Both the position numbers and the translations under genes were made by a program. A stretch of 64,000 bases of DNA from Flaccisagitta enflata. Its lineage: Eukaryota. Positions 40,801 to 53,068 of this stretch are shown here, piece after piece (within the stretch, counting starts at the first letter, position 1; every line of letters begins with the position of its first letter). Where the stretch lies: the NCBI GenBank assembly GCA_965153355.1, contig OZ231126.1, forward strand, positions 48,732,001 through 48,796,000. The letters run 5' to 3'. The notes under the pieces are model-generated. The model was not told where the DNA came from, searched no databases, and saw only the letters and a list, made by a program, of their open reading frames with translations.

Positions 40801-43800
40801 CACTGTGTAGCTGATTTGGGTGGTTTTAGGTGGTTGAGGTGGCCTGGGTGAAATATGCTTCGTCGTTGCTCGATAACTACCACTGTGTAGCTGATTTGGG
40901 TGGTTTTAGGTGGTTGAGGTGGCCTGGGTGAAATATGCTTCGTCGTTGCTCGATAACTACCACTGTGTAGCTGATTTGGGTTGTTTTAGGTGGTTGAGGT
41001 GGCCTGGGTGAAATATGCTTCGTCGTTGCTCGATAACTACCACTGTGTAGCTGATTTGGGTGGTTTTAGGTGGTTGAGGTGGCCTGGGTGAAATATGCTT
41101 CGTCGTTGCTCGATAACTACCACTGTGTAGCTGATTTGGGTGGTTTTAGGTGGTTGAGGTGGCCTGGGTGAAATATGCTTCGTCGTTGCTCGATAACTAC
41201 CACTGTGTAGCTGATTTGGGTGGTTTTAGGTGGTTGAGGTGGCCTGGGTGAAATATGCTTCGTCGTTGCTCGATAACTACCACTGTGTAGCTGATATGGG
41301 TGGTTTTAGGTGGTTGAGGTGGCCTGGGTGTAATATGCTTCGTCGTTGCTCGATAACTACCACTGTGTAGCTGGTTTGGGTGGTTTTAGGTGGTTGAGGT
41401 GGCCTGGGTGAAATATGCTTCGTCGTTGCTCGATAACTAACACGGTGCGTCGGTTGGTCCGTCGGTTGGTAACTAAGTTGTTTTTAATGCATTTTTTTGT
41501 ATATTTTACATTTCTTAACATTAGAGAAGGAACTGGGAGGTGGAGACCACTTTTGAAAATTTGTGTGTCTGTCTGTCTGTCTGTTCGCATGTCTGTCTGA
41601 CTGAATCTGTCTGAAAATGCCGATGCACGCGACTTAGGTCTAATGACCTTGTTTATTCTTGAGTATGAAACAGCAAACAAAGAATATCTTTACAACTTTT
41701 TCTGGAAATTTCTACGTACTAGGTACCCCCGGGTACCCTGGGGTATATTATATTAACCCAAGGGGTGAACACGGTTGTTAAAAAATCCTTTTTTTTTAAA
41801 AATCCATCTAGATTAGTCCATTTGGATTAATCTGGATAAAATCATGGACTTTTTTCAAATTGTGGATTTTTTCAAAAAATTTTGCGCCATACAATGTGAT
41901 TAACTGCTGGTTATAATGTAAAAGTAATTAAATGTAATGAATAACAGATAAATGATTGATAAAATGAATATAGAGAGCAGTTCATGGATTACCAGGGTGT
42001 GCAAAAAATCTCGTACTAGCCATCAAATCTATAGAAAAGACACATAGATTTAGAGAAATTTAATATTCAAAATTAAAAACACATTTTTCAAACTTAAGAC
42101 AAGGAAAAATGATGAATGGTAGATAGAATGTATTTTTGACCGACGGGGATATGAAAATATATTTATCTCTTGTCAAAAAATGGCCATATCGCTTTTTTTT
42201 TACTGAAACCCCTCCTAGATGACCTTACTAACTCCTTTTGATGAATTCACTCTCAAACAATCTATCTAGGGGCCAATAAAACTGCGAATTCTTTCATTTT
42301 TGAATAAACACAGCTTCGCAAATAAATTCATATCAATCTGATTTCCTGTTTTTTCTTAAGTGCATGATGAAGAAAAACATTGCATTTAGGATACACATAT
42401 GTTGTTTTTTTATTACAAAAAAAAAAAGGAATTTTCATCCTATTTGGCTAGGACATCATCAGCTGTTCAAGAGAGACAGAATTTAAAGCCATATAGGATG
42501 TTTTTTAATAAAAAAAATAATATATGTGTATCGCAAATGCAATGTTTTTCTTCATCACTATGCACCATATGAGCAATGTCACTGAACAAATTCTTAAGCT
42601 CATGGCCATATCTGGAAATCATATCAGCTGCTCTTAGTTTCTACTTTTAGTATGACTGAGATACTGTGGTTTGAATTTTAACTCATAACTCCCATAGCAA
42701 GTATGGTATTCAAGCTATAGAGCTAGTACAAATTTTTTTGCTCACCCTGTAAAATCGCACAGTGTTGAACGTGCTTGAGGCTATGAGCAGGTAAAGATTT
42801 CCCAGAAACTAAATGCCATCTTAAGTTCAGAGACGGAACAAAATCTATGAGAAAACATGAGTTTGTCTTCATGCGGACTTGAAATCATTCAAAATCATTT
42901 TCCTTCTAAGTTTGGTCATTTTAAGCAACAAACTTGAAAAAATCCAAAAAAATCCAGATTTTTCCAAAAATTCTTTGGAGATAGTACATTTTAATCCATC
43001 CGGATTGATCGGGATTTTTTCAAATGGATTAATCCACCCTTCCAACCCTGGAGGTGAAACCCCCAAAATGATTTTTTGGTTCAAATTTTTTTCCCCATCA
43101 GATTCTTAGGGTTATTTCAACGCGATTGATACCAAGACTGTCCTTTCATTATAAAAAATGGCTGAGATATGGCAATTTTAATTTTTGGGGTTACTCCCAG
43201 GGGTCAAAATTTTAAACCCCCATAAAACCCAAAATATGGTTCTGAGAGCAAAAATATTCGGGTTTTTTGAATTACTCCCCAAGGGATAATTTTACACCAA
43301 AAAAAGGGCAATTTCTTTCTTTTTTTGAGAGAGTTTTCAGTTTGGTTGATTTGTGATGAAACCACCCAATGTTTGTATTGTAGTAATCATTCATGGAAAA
43401 GTACTGGTAAAAAGCCGCCTCTTAAAATTTCCTGTTCCTTTCTTAGTTGCGTCAGTCCGTCGGAAGTAACACTGCTATTTCGGCGATTTTTTTACTACTG
43501 CTCCTGCAAAAGCTTTATAAGCTTTTTTCTTGCACGGCTCCTGCCCACCCCACTCTCCTCTCATCATGAGTCCAGGTCAGAAGTCATAGTACAGAGGGTT
43601 TTTTTGCAGTTTCTCATAGTTTGAGGGTTGTTTGAGCTACAACTATCACTCATGAAATCTTGTCAAGGGCGCTTTTTGGGAAATTTAAAAAAAAGAAAAA
43701 TTCTAACCTCATTTTGAATATAGATCTTTTGAAGTTATCTAAACCACTTTTTTGTTAATATATTTGTAATCCTGATAACGTTTCCTTTCATTTGATAAGT

Positions 43801-45549
43801 CGCACTGTATACTTTCTTATAGGATAATAATTTTCAATTTTTCAGCCAGTTGCAAAATTATAACGGTGGCTCAAAAATTGAAATTTTTATTTCTTCTTCA
43901 AAACATTTAGTGCGACCTATCAAATGAAAGGAAATAACATCAAGATTACAAATTTGCTATAAAAGAAGAGGTCTCGATGAACTGAAAAATTCTCAATTCA
44001 AAATGAGGCCAAAATTACTGTTTCATAACTATCACAAACTACAAAAATACTTACTGTACCAAAACCTTTCACCTGGATTCACCCTGAGAGGACAGTGACC
44101 CGCACGCGACTTTGGTAGCCGTTTATACGGCCTTGTTTTTGTGATGCCTTCCCCAATTTCCAAACTACTTGAAAAACTCAAAAACTCTGTAAACTTTAAA
44201 CATCCGTGAATCATAACATTCTCTGATTTACAGGGAATGTAAGCGAATCAAAACCGCTTGAAAAAAACTGGTTTTTATTGCCGGGTTTTATTGGTTCTTT
44301 TCAAAGAAATTTTGAAAAAAAAACCGACAAAAGTGTTTTTTTTTCAAAATCTTGCCCTAAAAGAAGTTTTGCATGTGACCAAAATCTAAGATTTCACTAA
44401 AAGCTGTAACCTTTTTGAAAACTTTACAGAACGTTCAGAGCAATATTTTTAGTCGCGGACACGCGACTACACCTTGCCGTGTCGGTCCATCCGTCGGTCC
44501 GTCCGTCACATTTCTGAATTGCGATCGTTTTTGCATTACTGCTCCTGCCCAACTGTCTGCGACTAGATTGCCGTGTATCCGGCCTTGTTTTATTTTCAAG
44601 TCTCCAACTTCTTGTATCTTTATATCAAAATTATATAAATCATTGGTAATGCGATCTGACATGGTGAGTGACAACATACTTAAAACAATAACAGAATTGT
44701 CAACAGTGAAACTGACAGCCTACAGTAGTCAATTGGATAGTTAATGCATAGTGACAAAAGTGACTTAGTATACATCTAACACTGACAGTGATTCTCAAAG
44801 TGATACTTACATTTATTCATTTTCACTTTTAGCAATGACACTAGCATGATTTACGTCACATGCACAACTGTGATTGATACAATTTTTTTTGAATTGGTTT
44901 AGTATTTTTCAAAACTGGTGAAATATCTTAGATCCATATCAATCATTGAAGCTGAGATCTTGGAAATCAACTACTTACTAATGATGTTCTTCATGTCCAA
45001 TCACTACTTGATAAAAAAGTTCAGTTTCCGTGAGCAATAATGCCAGTACCAAATAGGCTCAATACCCTCAATGTCTTACAAACACCTTAACCTCATAGCA
45101 ATCCTTTTAGAATGCTTTGAAATAGTATACACATGTAGAATATGGTTGGATAAGGTCATTTGTAGGTAATGCGCTATCATGTTTTGAAAAAAACCGAACC
45201 TTGAGAAAACCAGATAAAAACCGTTTTTAAAAAAAAAACGTTTTTTATATTCAAAATTTTGGTTTTTTTTACATTTCCTGCTGATTTAAAGTACATACCT
45301 TTAACTGACCTGTTTTTTCTTATCTAGGGAGTAATATGGACAGAGCTTGGAGCAATCTCGACTAGTACCCCTCTCCTCTGCCCATTCGCATACATGGGTA
45401 CAGCACACTTGAACGCCGGTCTCAGGGTGATTGTAGCAACCTTTATCGCAATAACAGCGTCCATCATCGAAAAGCGATTGATACTCAGAATTTGCTATAG
45501 ACGACGAAACGATTATAAGCGTAACTAGATTTAGTTGGGATGTCGCCAT
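37824..45549 (-). CDS. Grindelwald-like TNF-receptor-type type I membrane protein, exons 45549-45310 and 38138-37824 (~184 aa if joined directly)
   Basis: Signal peptide MATSQLNLVTLIIVSSSIA; Cys-rich domain CYCDKGC...CCTHVCEWAEERGTSRDCSKLCPYY; donor CAG|GTCAGT phase 0, acceptor TTTCTCAG phase 0; coiled-coil-like stalk then TM FVAAIVTPVCLFGFLSLVLVCYAC. Confidence 0.65.
40574..41438. repeat. 80-bp tandem satellite, ~11 copies
   Basis: Unit ATTTGGGTGGTTTTAGGTGGTTGAGGTGGCCTGGGTGAAATATGCTTCGTCGTTGCTCGATAACTACCACTGTGTAGCTG. Confidence 0.97.
41770..43050. mobile_element. hAT-type non-autonomous element (8-bp TSD) with nested CAGGGTG MITE at 41993-42749
   Basis: Ends CACGGTTG...CAACCCTG, flanks GGGGTGAA/GAGGTGAA; sibling 51382-52857 has a perfect GGGGATAG TSD. 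Confidence 0.8.
44446..44590 (+). mobile_element. HINE/DINE-like element (family also at ~8260, 9455, 37455, 39122, 39989, 45690, 46336, 51800, 55308, 63008)
   Basis: TTTTAGTCGCGGACACGCGAC, (CCGT/CGGT)n, GCGACT subTIR, 3' stem-loop GCCG-TGTATC-CGGC then CTTGTT, inserted in T-rich sites. Confidence 0.8.
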
Positions 45550-46204
45550 GAAACTCCTAAATTACAAGTCTACTACCTTAAAAAGAAAATTCAAATGGGA
45601 ATGTATGATTAGAACGCAAAGGCAGATATCTTATTCAGGCATATGAGTCACGCGTCCTGCTCAGTGAGATAAAGTGGGGTTTGTAATAAACAAGGCCGGA
45701 TACACGGCTACCCCAGTCGCGTGTGGGTGGGCAGGAGCAGTGCTGGAGAAGGTCACTAGAGCATTTGGGCAGGAGCAGTGGGCTAAAAAACGTCGAAAAA
45801 GTAAAAAGGACCGACCGACGGACCGACATAGCTAAAAAAGCCTTAACGGAAAAAAAAATTTTTCATTTACTTCTCTTGATTATTTCAGGTTTTCCATGGA
45901 ATACTCCCTCTTCAAGTGGCTCTATTATCTGAACGGATTTGACTAAAAAGTGTTCGGTTGGTCCCAAACTAAAGCTAATTAAGATCATTTTTTCAAAACA
46001 ATAAAAAAAAGAAGCACTTTTTGATGAAGAATCACACTTACAGTGCAAGAAATTGGCTCTTTTAACTATATTTGGCTCAAAAATTGACTCCCAACTCATA
46101 AAACTTACTCAGGATATCGAAAAAATACTTGAACTCAAAAAATACCAAAGACTACTTCAAAATACCTTCCATTTGAGACCAATCTGGGATCAGTAGCTCA
46201 AACC

Positions 46205-46278
<74 letters not shown>

Positions 46279-46776
46279 ACACACACACACACTCCAAGAG
46301 GAAAAAGAGACACAGAGAAACAGAGATTGAATAACAACAAGGCCGGATACACGGCTACCAAAGTCGCATGCGGGTGGGCAGGGGCCATATTTAAGGTCAC
46401 TAAACCATTTTGGTAGGAGCAGTGAGGTTAAAGAAATAAAATCATAAAAAAAAGTAAAATGGGGACCTACCAACCAACTGACCGACCAACCGACGGACGG
46501 ACAAAGCGGGTTGTAGAGTCGCGTGCACGCGACTAAAACCAGACAAGCAATCAACCAGATATCATGAGATGCACACACAGAAGAACATGCACAGAGAAAA
46601 AGACTACCATTTACGACTTTTTTCCGGTCGGCGAGAGCCGCCTTTATTGGTAATTATGGCATTTTTGTTCCTCATTAGACTTTCTCAACGGCATTCTATA
46701 TGAATTGAGTTAGTAAACCAGGAAGTTTTGTTGAAAACCCCTCATTCATAGTCCTCAGAATCACGGACTACTTAGC

Positions 46777-47345
46777 AGGGTGTGCAAAAAAATCCACACT
46801 CCTCATCATTTCTACTTAAAAGACACCTAAAATTGGAAAAACTATCAAATTAATGCTCAAAGTTGAAAATTAAGTTATTTTCATGGTTAAGATAAGAAAA
46901 AATGTAAGTATAGTGGACAGCTGAATATTTTTTTAGACTAACAATGACATAACTAGAATATTACAAACATTTTTTTTCTGTAAATAAATGTTTATCTCTC
47001 ATCTAAATTCAATTGATGAAATTTTACTTGTGCACTGAAACCCCTCCTTGGCCCATCCATCTCTCACTGATGTATTTCATCTCAAACAATCCATCTTAAA
47101 ACCTATGAGGTAGCTAAAACCTTTTTTTAGTAAATATTGCTCTGTCACTAAAATCATGTCAAAATCATATTTTCCGTTTCATCTTAGATACATATCATGG
47201 CCATATATAGAAATTATATCAGCTGTTCTTGATTTCTACTTTTAGTATGACCAACTGAAATACTCTGGTTCAAATCTTAGCTCAGAACGCCCATAACAAG
47301 CATGGTTTTAAAGCGATATACTGAGTGCGAATTTTGCACACCCTG
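46777..47345. mobile_element. solo CAGGGTG MITE
   Basis: CAGGGTGTGCAAAA...TTTTGCACACCCTG; interior homologous to 41993-42749. Confidence 0.8.
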
Positions 47346-47784
47346 TTAATGTTGAAGATACCAAAAGGTCACATTAAGAACTTTATCCAGTGTTGAGTCA
47401 GAGAGACAATTTTTTGGCTAAGTCGGTTTTTGATTTTTTGCATAGTTTATATTTTAGATTCAAAGCTGTTAAAAATGCTCATTAAACAATATTAACCGTC
47501 ATAGGTTACCTTTTATGAACTGAATACATATATGGTGAAAATGATAAAGGAAACAAAAAAATGTTCACTGGGTTTAAGATATCACATCTAGAACCATTTT
47601 TCAGATTGTTGTCCCTATTAGCCCCTGCTGTCCTGATTAGCCCCGTGTGACGGTACTGTAAAAGGTCACTTGCAATGGGGATCCGCCTTTCTAGGTATTC
47701 TCGTCAAAGATTCTCAAAAAACGCAACTTAAACACAGAACCCCGATTGATCGCGCAATATCAGACTTAGTCTCGTGATTCGACG

Positions 47785-47799
47785 AGAAGAATCTCGAAA
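47785..47799. promoter_or_regulatory. possible imperfect heat-shock element upstream of ZFAND2
   Basis: aGAAg-aATCt-cGAAa (one mismatch to nGAAn-nTTCn-nGAAn); mammalian ZFAND2A is a known HSF1 target; short motif, may be chance. Confidence 0.2.
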
Positions 47800-47972
47800 C
47801 AACCGTGTGTATTCTCAGTAAAAGAAGAGAATCTTTCTAGAGGATCAACTAGTAAGATCTTAAACATTTCCCTCGCAAGAGAGCAAGCTTTCTCGTCCGA
47901 AGGCGCATAAAATTGAAGCGCGTACGTCATTCTGCAACTTCATAACGAGAAACGCAATCTTGTACATATATG

Positions 47973-48239
47973 CTCTTTAATAAATCCAAACGACCATCTC
48001 GATTTTTTCAACAACTCAGGCAAAAAAAATCTAATACGAGAATATGGAGCTACCACACATTGGTTTGCGATGCATCATCCCGACTGGTTGCAATGGCAAA
48101 CATACTTGTAACTGAAACGCAACCTTGGACTCTTTAATAAATCCAAACGACCATCTCGATTTTTTCAACAACTCAGGCAAAAAAAATCTAATACGAGAAT
48201 ATGGAGCTACCACACATTGGTTTGCGATGCATCATCCCG
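47973..48239 (+). repeat. tandem duplication (110 bp identical, 157-bp period) of the ZFAND2 5' region and first 13 codons
   Basis: 47973-48082 = 48130-48239; first copy gives ORF 48044-48115 MELPHIGLRCIIPTGCNGKHTCN*. Confidence 0.95.
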
Positions 48240-49233
48240 GAATGCAAACAACTGGACTTTCTACCAATCAAATGCGACGCCTGCAATGGCATTTTCTGTG
48301 CCGAACATTATAAATACTCACAACACAACTGCGCAGAAGCGAGAGAAAGGAACAACGTAGTTCCGGTCTGCGAAAAATGTCAAACTTTAGTACCGCCTAA
48401 AAATCTTTCAGCAGATGACGCCATGAAATTACATCTTTTGAATCATTGCTCTCCTTACAAAAAAGAAAGAATCTACACAAACAGGTTTGCACACCGAAGG
48501 TAGACAATTTCGGACGTAACTCATCCGGGCTTGATCTTTTCACTTCCCAGCAAAAAGCTTCAGTAGGCACTTCTTTTGAACTTCAATTACATCCGTTTTT
48601 GGAATTCAATTACATCCGTTTTTTTTCCAAGGTGTAACAAAAACGACTGCAAACGCAAGGAGTTGATTCCCTTCCGCTGCGACTGCTGCCAAATGAGTTA
48701 CTGCATCAAGCACCGTCACACTTCCGATCACGACTGCCGCGCTAAGGCAGCATCTCAAACAATGTCGAGCCAATTGTGCGCGAGGGCGGCGGAGACGCGC
48801 ATCCAGTCCATCACAACCAAGAAAGATACTAAGACTACGCCAGCCACTACATGCGGCGCTCAACAGAGAGCACAGAGGTGAGAAAAATCACTTCAGACTA
48901 ATAAACTTTAAAAAACTTTGAAAAACAAACTTTAAAACAAACTTTAAAATACACAATGATTCCATTATGGCAGCGGTAGAAATGAGCTACACTATACTAA
49001 GCCTACTAAACTGTCGAGACCAAACATACTAAACTTTCGAATTAAAGTTCTTTCTCAATGAAATTCTTTCGTACACCTTTCTTGACAGAGCTGGCGCTGA
49101 ATTCGTGCAGACGACCAACGCGAATCTGAGCGAAGATCAGGCTTTGGCCTTGGCCCTTGCGCAGTCAGAGTTTGAGGCCAAAAAACGAGAGGAAGAAAGT
49201 CGAAATCGGGTCGTCGACGCCGCGGCCTCTTGA
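48201..49233 (+). CDS. ZFAND2: AN1-type zinc finger protein 2 (AIRAP/AIRAPL-like), exons 48201-48484, 48632-48877, 49089-49233, 224 aa
   Basis: MELPHIGLRC...CKQLDFLPIKCDACNGIFCAEH, VPVCEKC, second AN1 finger CNKNDCKRKELIPFRCDCCQMSYCIKHRHTSDHDC, UIM-like LSEDQALALALAQSE; GT-AG phase-2 joins. Confidence 0.93.
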
Positions 49234-49698
49234 GCGAAAATCCTCAATTTGGTCAACTTGGGCCATATTTACAGTTGCTCCTTGATCCCATATTTTTCCT
49301 CTCGTTTTGTCGACCTGAAAACTGCGGTCGTTGTACATACAAATCTCAGACCTGATGTAAAACAAATTCATGTCAATAAATCGTTGAAGTTGTGACAGTT
49401 TCGCCATCATTCAAGTTTTGTTTTCTTATAATTTGTAGAATCTTGAGTCAGCACCAGATCAGTTATGGTTCATCTTTTGGACGTTTGCGACATTTTTTAT
49501 TCCTATCGGATGAAAAAAAAAAAATACAACAAGTGAGTTAAGGAAATCTGGAGTGATGCAGCCCGCGACAAACTTTCAAATTACAGTGGAGACTCCCTTT
49601 AAGGGATTTTTGGGGACTCACTATTTCGGTCTCTTAAATCCGCAATCTCTTAAATTGAATTCGTAGTTCTACTGAGGATTGTTTTAACTTTATACCTT

Positions 49699-50264
49699 AC
49701 ATCTGTCGCATAATTATCGTCACAACATGAAAAGAGGAAAAACTGTCTAAGATTTTGTCCAAAAGTCTTGAAATTTTTACTGAAGATAGCTAAATACTTA
49801 TTATCAAGTGGGCTAGAAGCAGAAAGAGATTTGTGCTCATGCAGGTGCAGTAAAGGGTATCAATGAGAAAAACCCCTAACAATATTTTACACATTTTCAT
49901 CCACTTTTTTATTATCTTTTTTTAGCTTTTTCAAAGGATTTGCAGAAAATTGGTGACGGTTAGAAAGATCTTGAAAAGATCTTTAAAATGGGACCAATCT
50001 GGCATTTATAGCTTCATCCGTTTAAGAGAAACAAGCAAAACAAGGTTGACTGTCTAAAAAATGGGAAAATTCTATGACCTGTACCCCATGAAGGTCAAAC
50101 GCAGTTTTACGCAAAGTCTGGCCTCAGGAACATATGAAAACTGGTGAATTCTCTCTATCATACCAATATGCTATATAAAGCTGCAAAACATCTATCAGCA
50201 CTGTTGATATCAACCCCAAATTGGTGAAAACATATGTGTGTGACGATAATTATGAGACAGATGT
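49699..50264. mobile_element. MITE
   Basis: ACATCTGTCGCATAATTATCGTCACA...TGTGACGATAATTATGAGACAGATGT. Confidence 0.8.
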
Positions 50265-50470
50265 TATGAATAGATGAAGACAAAATTCATAGTTTAACTA
50301 TGTATCTAATATATCTATGCTTAGTATATTCATCAACACTGAATTATTTATTAGCAGGAAATTCATAACATCATTTTCTGAGAATTTTTGTGGAAAACCA
50401 TCTGAAAATGCTAACTCCGTCTCATGGGGCTAATAGGCACAACAGGGGCAAATAGGGATAACAATGTAAA

Positions 50471-53068
50471 CAAGACGGTGCGCCGGGCGTTATTATTTCT
50501 TAGACCTATCCCTAGCTCCATCAGACCTATCCCTAGCTCCATCAGACCTATCCCTAGCTCCATCAGACCTATCCCTAGCTCTATCAGACCTATCCTGAGC
50601 TCTATCAGACCTATCCTGAGCTCTATCAGGCCTATCCCGAGCTCTATCAGACCTATTCCGAGCTCTATCAGACCTTCCCCCCCACACCTATCCGACCTAT
50701 CACCAGCTCGATCAGACCTCAGAATGAAATGACGAGTATCATCAATGATGAGTGAAATGAGTTTTCAAATGATTTCAAACATATTCAGCGATTTTTCATT
50801 CAAGTGGGACCGACCAATGGACAGACAGACAGAACCTCTTATAGAGGTGCTATAGCGCATCTGGAAATCAGACTAGCATATTTCCAGTGATTTTTGCTTC
50901 TTTTTGAGATTTTCAACTCTAGCGTGATTGACCAACCAACCAACCGACAGACAGAGCTAGTTATGGAGGTGCTATGGCGCACCTAAAAATGGTTCCTAAT
51001 GTGATATCTTTTAACCCAGTCAACTTTTTAGGTGCACCATAGCACCTCTATAACTAGCTCTGTCTGTGGGTTGGTTGGTCTGTCACACTTGAGTTGAAAA
51101 TCTAAAAAAGAAGGAAAAATCATTGGAAATGATTCAGAAACATGCTAGGATGATTCCTAGATGCGCCATAGCACCTCTATAAGAGATTCTGTCCATCTGT
51201 CCATCCATCGGTCACGCTCAATGAAAAATCGCTGAAAATGATTGATATCATTTGAAAACTCATTTCGTTCGTCATTGATGATACTCGTCATTTCATTCAC
51301 TGAAATAATCAGCCACAGTTAGGATCGAGCTGGGGATAGGTTGGATAGGTCTTGTGATAGGTCGGATAGGTGTGGGGATAGCAGGGTTGTTAAAAAATCC
51401 AATATTTTTGAAAAAAATCCATTTGGATTTATCTGGATAAAATCATGGATTTTTTTCAAATTATGGATTTTTTCAAAAATGCGCCATACGATGTGATTAA
51501 CTACTGGTTATAAAGTTGATATAGGGCATACGATAATTAAATGTGATAAATAACAGATAAATGATTAATAAAATGAATAAAGATTACAGTTCATGGATTA
51601 ACAGGGTGAGCAAAAAATCTTGTACGTACCAGCCATCAAATCTAAAGAAAAGACACCTAGATTTGGAGAAATTCTGACTAGTTCATGTTCAAAATTAAAA
51701 CTAGGTTAATTTTCAACCTTCAGATAAGGAAAAATGATGAATGGTAGAAACCAGAATATGTTTTAGACCAACAGGAACGTTAAAGAAAGTCGCAAAAGAT
51801 TTTTAGTTGCGGACACGCAACTCTATAAGAGGCTTTGTCCGTCCGTCGGTCGGTCGGTTGGTTGGTCCGTCACGCTCGAGTTGAAAAGTGGGAAAACGCG
51901 CATTTCCGCTCCTGCCAACCCGTCCGCAACTGATGGTCGTGTATCCGGCCTTGTTTTGGTAAAAAACCTTTCATCTTTTGTCAAAAATTTGATCGATGTA
52001 TCACTTTCGTTGACTGAAACCCCTCCTAGATGAAACCCCTCCTAGATGACCTAACTCCCCTTGATACATTCATTGTCAAACAGAGTAAGTTGCAAAAACC
52101 TTCATTTTTGAATTAACACAGTTCTGCAAATAAAATCCTGTTAAAATCTGATTTCCTGTTTTTTCTTAAGTATGTGTCATGGCCATGCATGGAAATTTTA
52201 TCAGCTGTTCTTAGTTTCTACTTTTTGTATGACTGAGATACTCTGGTTCAAATTTTAGCTCATAACTCGCATAACAAGTATGGTTTTCATGCTATAGAGC
52301 AAGTACAAAATTGAAGGTGCTTGAGGCGGTGAGCAGGTAAAGATTTCCCAGAAACGAATGCCATCTTATGTTCAGAGACAGAACAAAATCTGTGAAAAAA
52401 CATAATTTTGTTTTAATGAGAACTTGAAATCATTCAAAATCAATCTTTCAAAGTTCAGTCATTTTATGCAAAAAAATGCAGATTTTTTTGAAGAAACCAG
52501 ATTTTTTCTTGAAAAATGTAATTCATTGAATGGATTGCTAACTTTCAACTGTATCATTGATTCAATCGCAGAGTTGGAGGTGCCTGAGGTCATTAGGAGG
52601 TGAAAATTTCTCAGAAACAAAAGCCCTCTTATATTCAGAGACAGAACAAAATCGGTGAGAAAACAAAAGTTTGTCTCATTTAGGACTTAAAATCATTTAA
52701 AAAGATTTTCCTTCAAAGTTTGGTCATTTTTGCAGAAAATTTGAAAAAATTTAAAAAAAAATCAAGATTTGTCAAAATTTTTTTGAAAAAAACCCATCTT
52801 CTCCATTTGGATTAATCCAGATTTTTTCTAATAGATTAATCCACCCTTCCAACCCTGGGGGATAGGTCTGATAGAGCTCGGCATAGGTGTGATAGAGCTC
52901 TGGATAGGTCTGATAGAGCTCTGGATAGGTCTGATAGAGCTCTGGATAGGTCTGATAGAGCTCTGGATAGGTCTGATAGAGCTAGGGATAGGTCTGATAG
53001 AGGTAGGGATAGGTCTGATGGAGCTAGGGATAGGTCTAAGAATTATAAACGCCCGGCGCACCGTCTTG
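50471..53068. mobile_element. TIR element with 21-bp subterminal tandem repeats, hosting the hAT/MITE composite 51382-52857
   Basis: CAAGACGGTGCGCCGGGCGTT...AACGCCCGGCGCACCGTCTTG; TCAGACCTATCCCTAGCTCCA arrays inverted in both arms. Confidence 0.85.

Larger units (their letters stand above)
39862..43283. mobile_element. foldback element with long TIRs hosting nested HINEs, an 80-bp satellite and a hAT/MITE composite
   Basis: CTTGGGGAGTAATTCAA...TTGAATTACTCCCCAAG; arms continue inward (TTGCCATATCTCAGCCATTT / AAATGGCTGAGATATGGCAA; GAAAGGACAATC / GACTGTCCTTTC). Confidence 0.8.

Noticed and set aside
49231-49400. Stop-codon readthrough of ZFAND2 to restore a CaaX (in-frame CSLI downstream)
   Set aside because: CSLI is not followed by a stop, so it would not be terminal; the TGA-G context is not a readthrough motif
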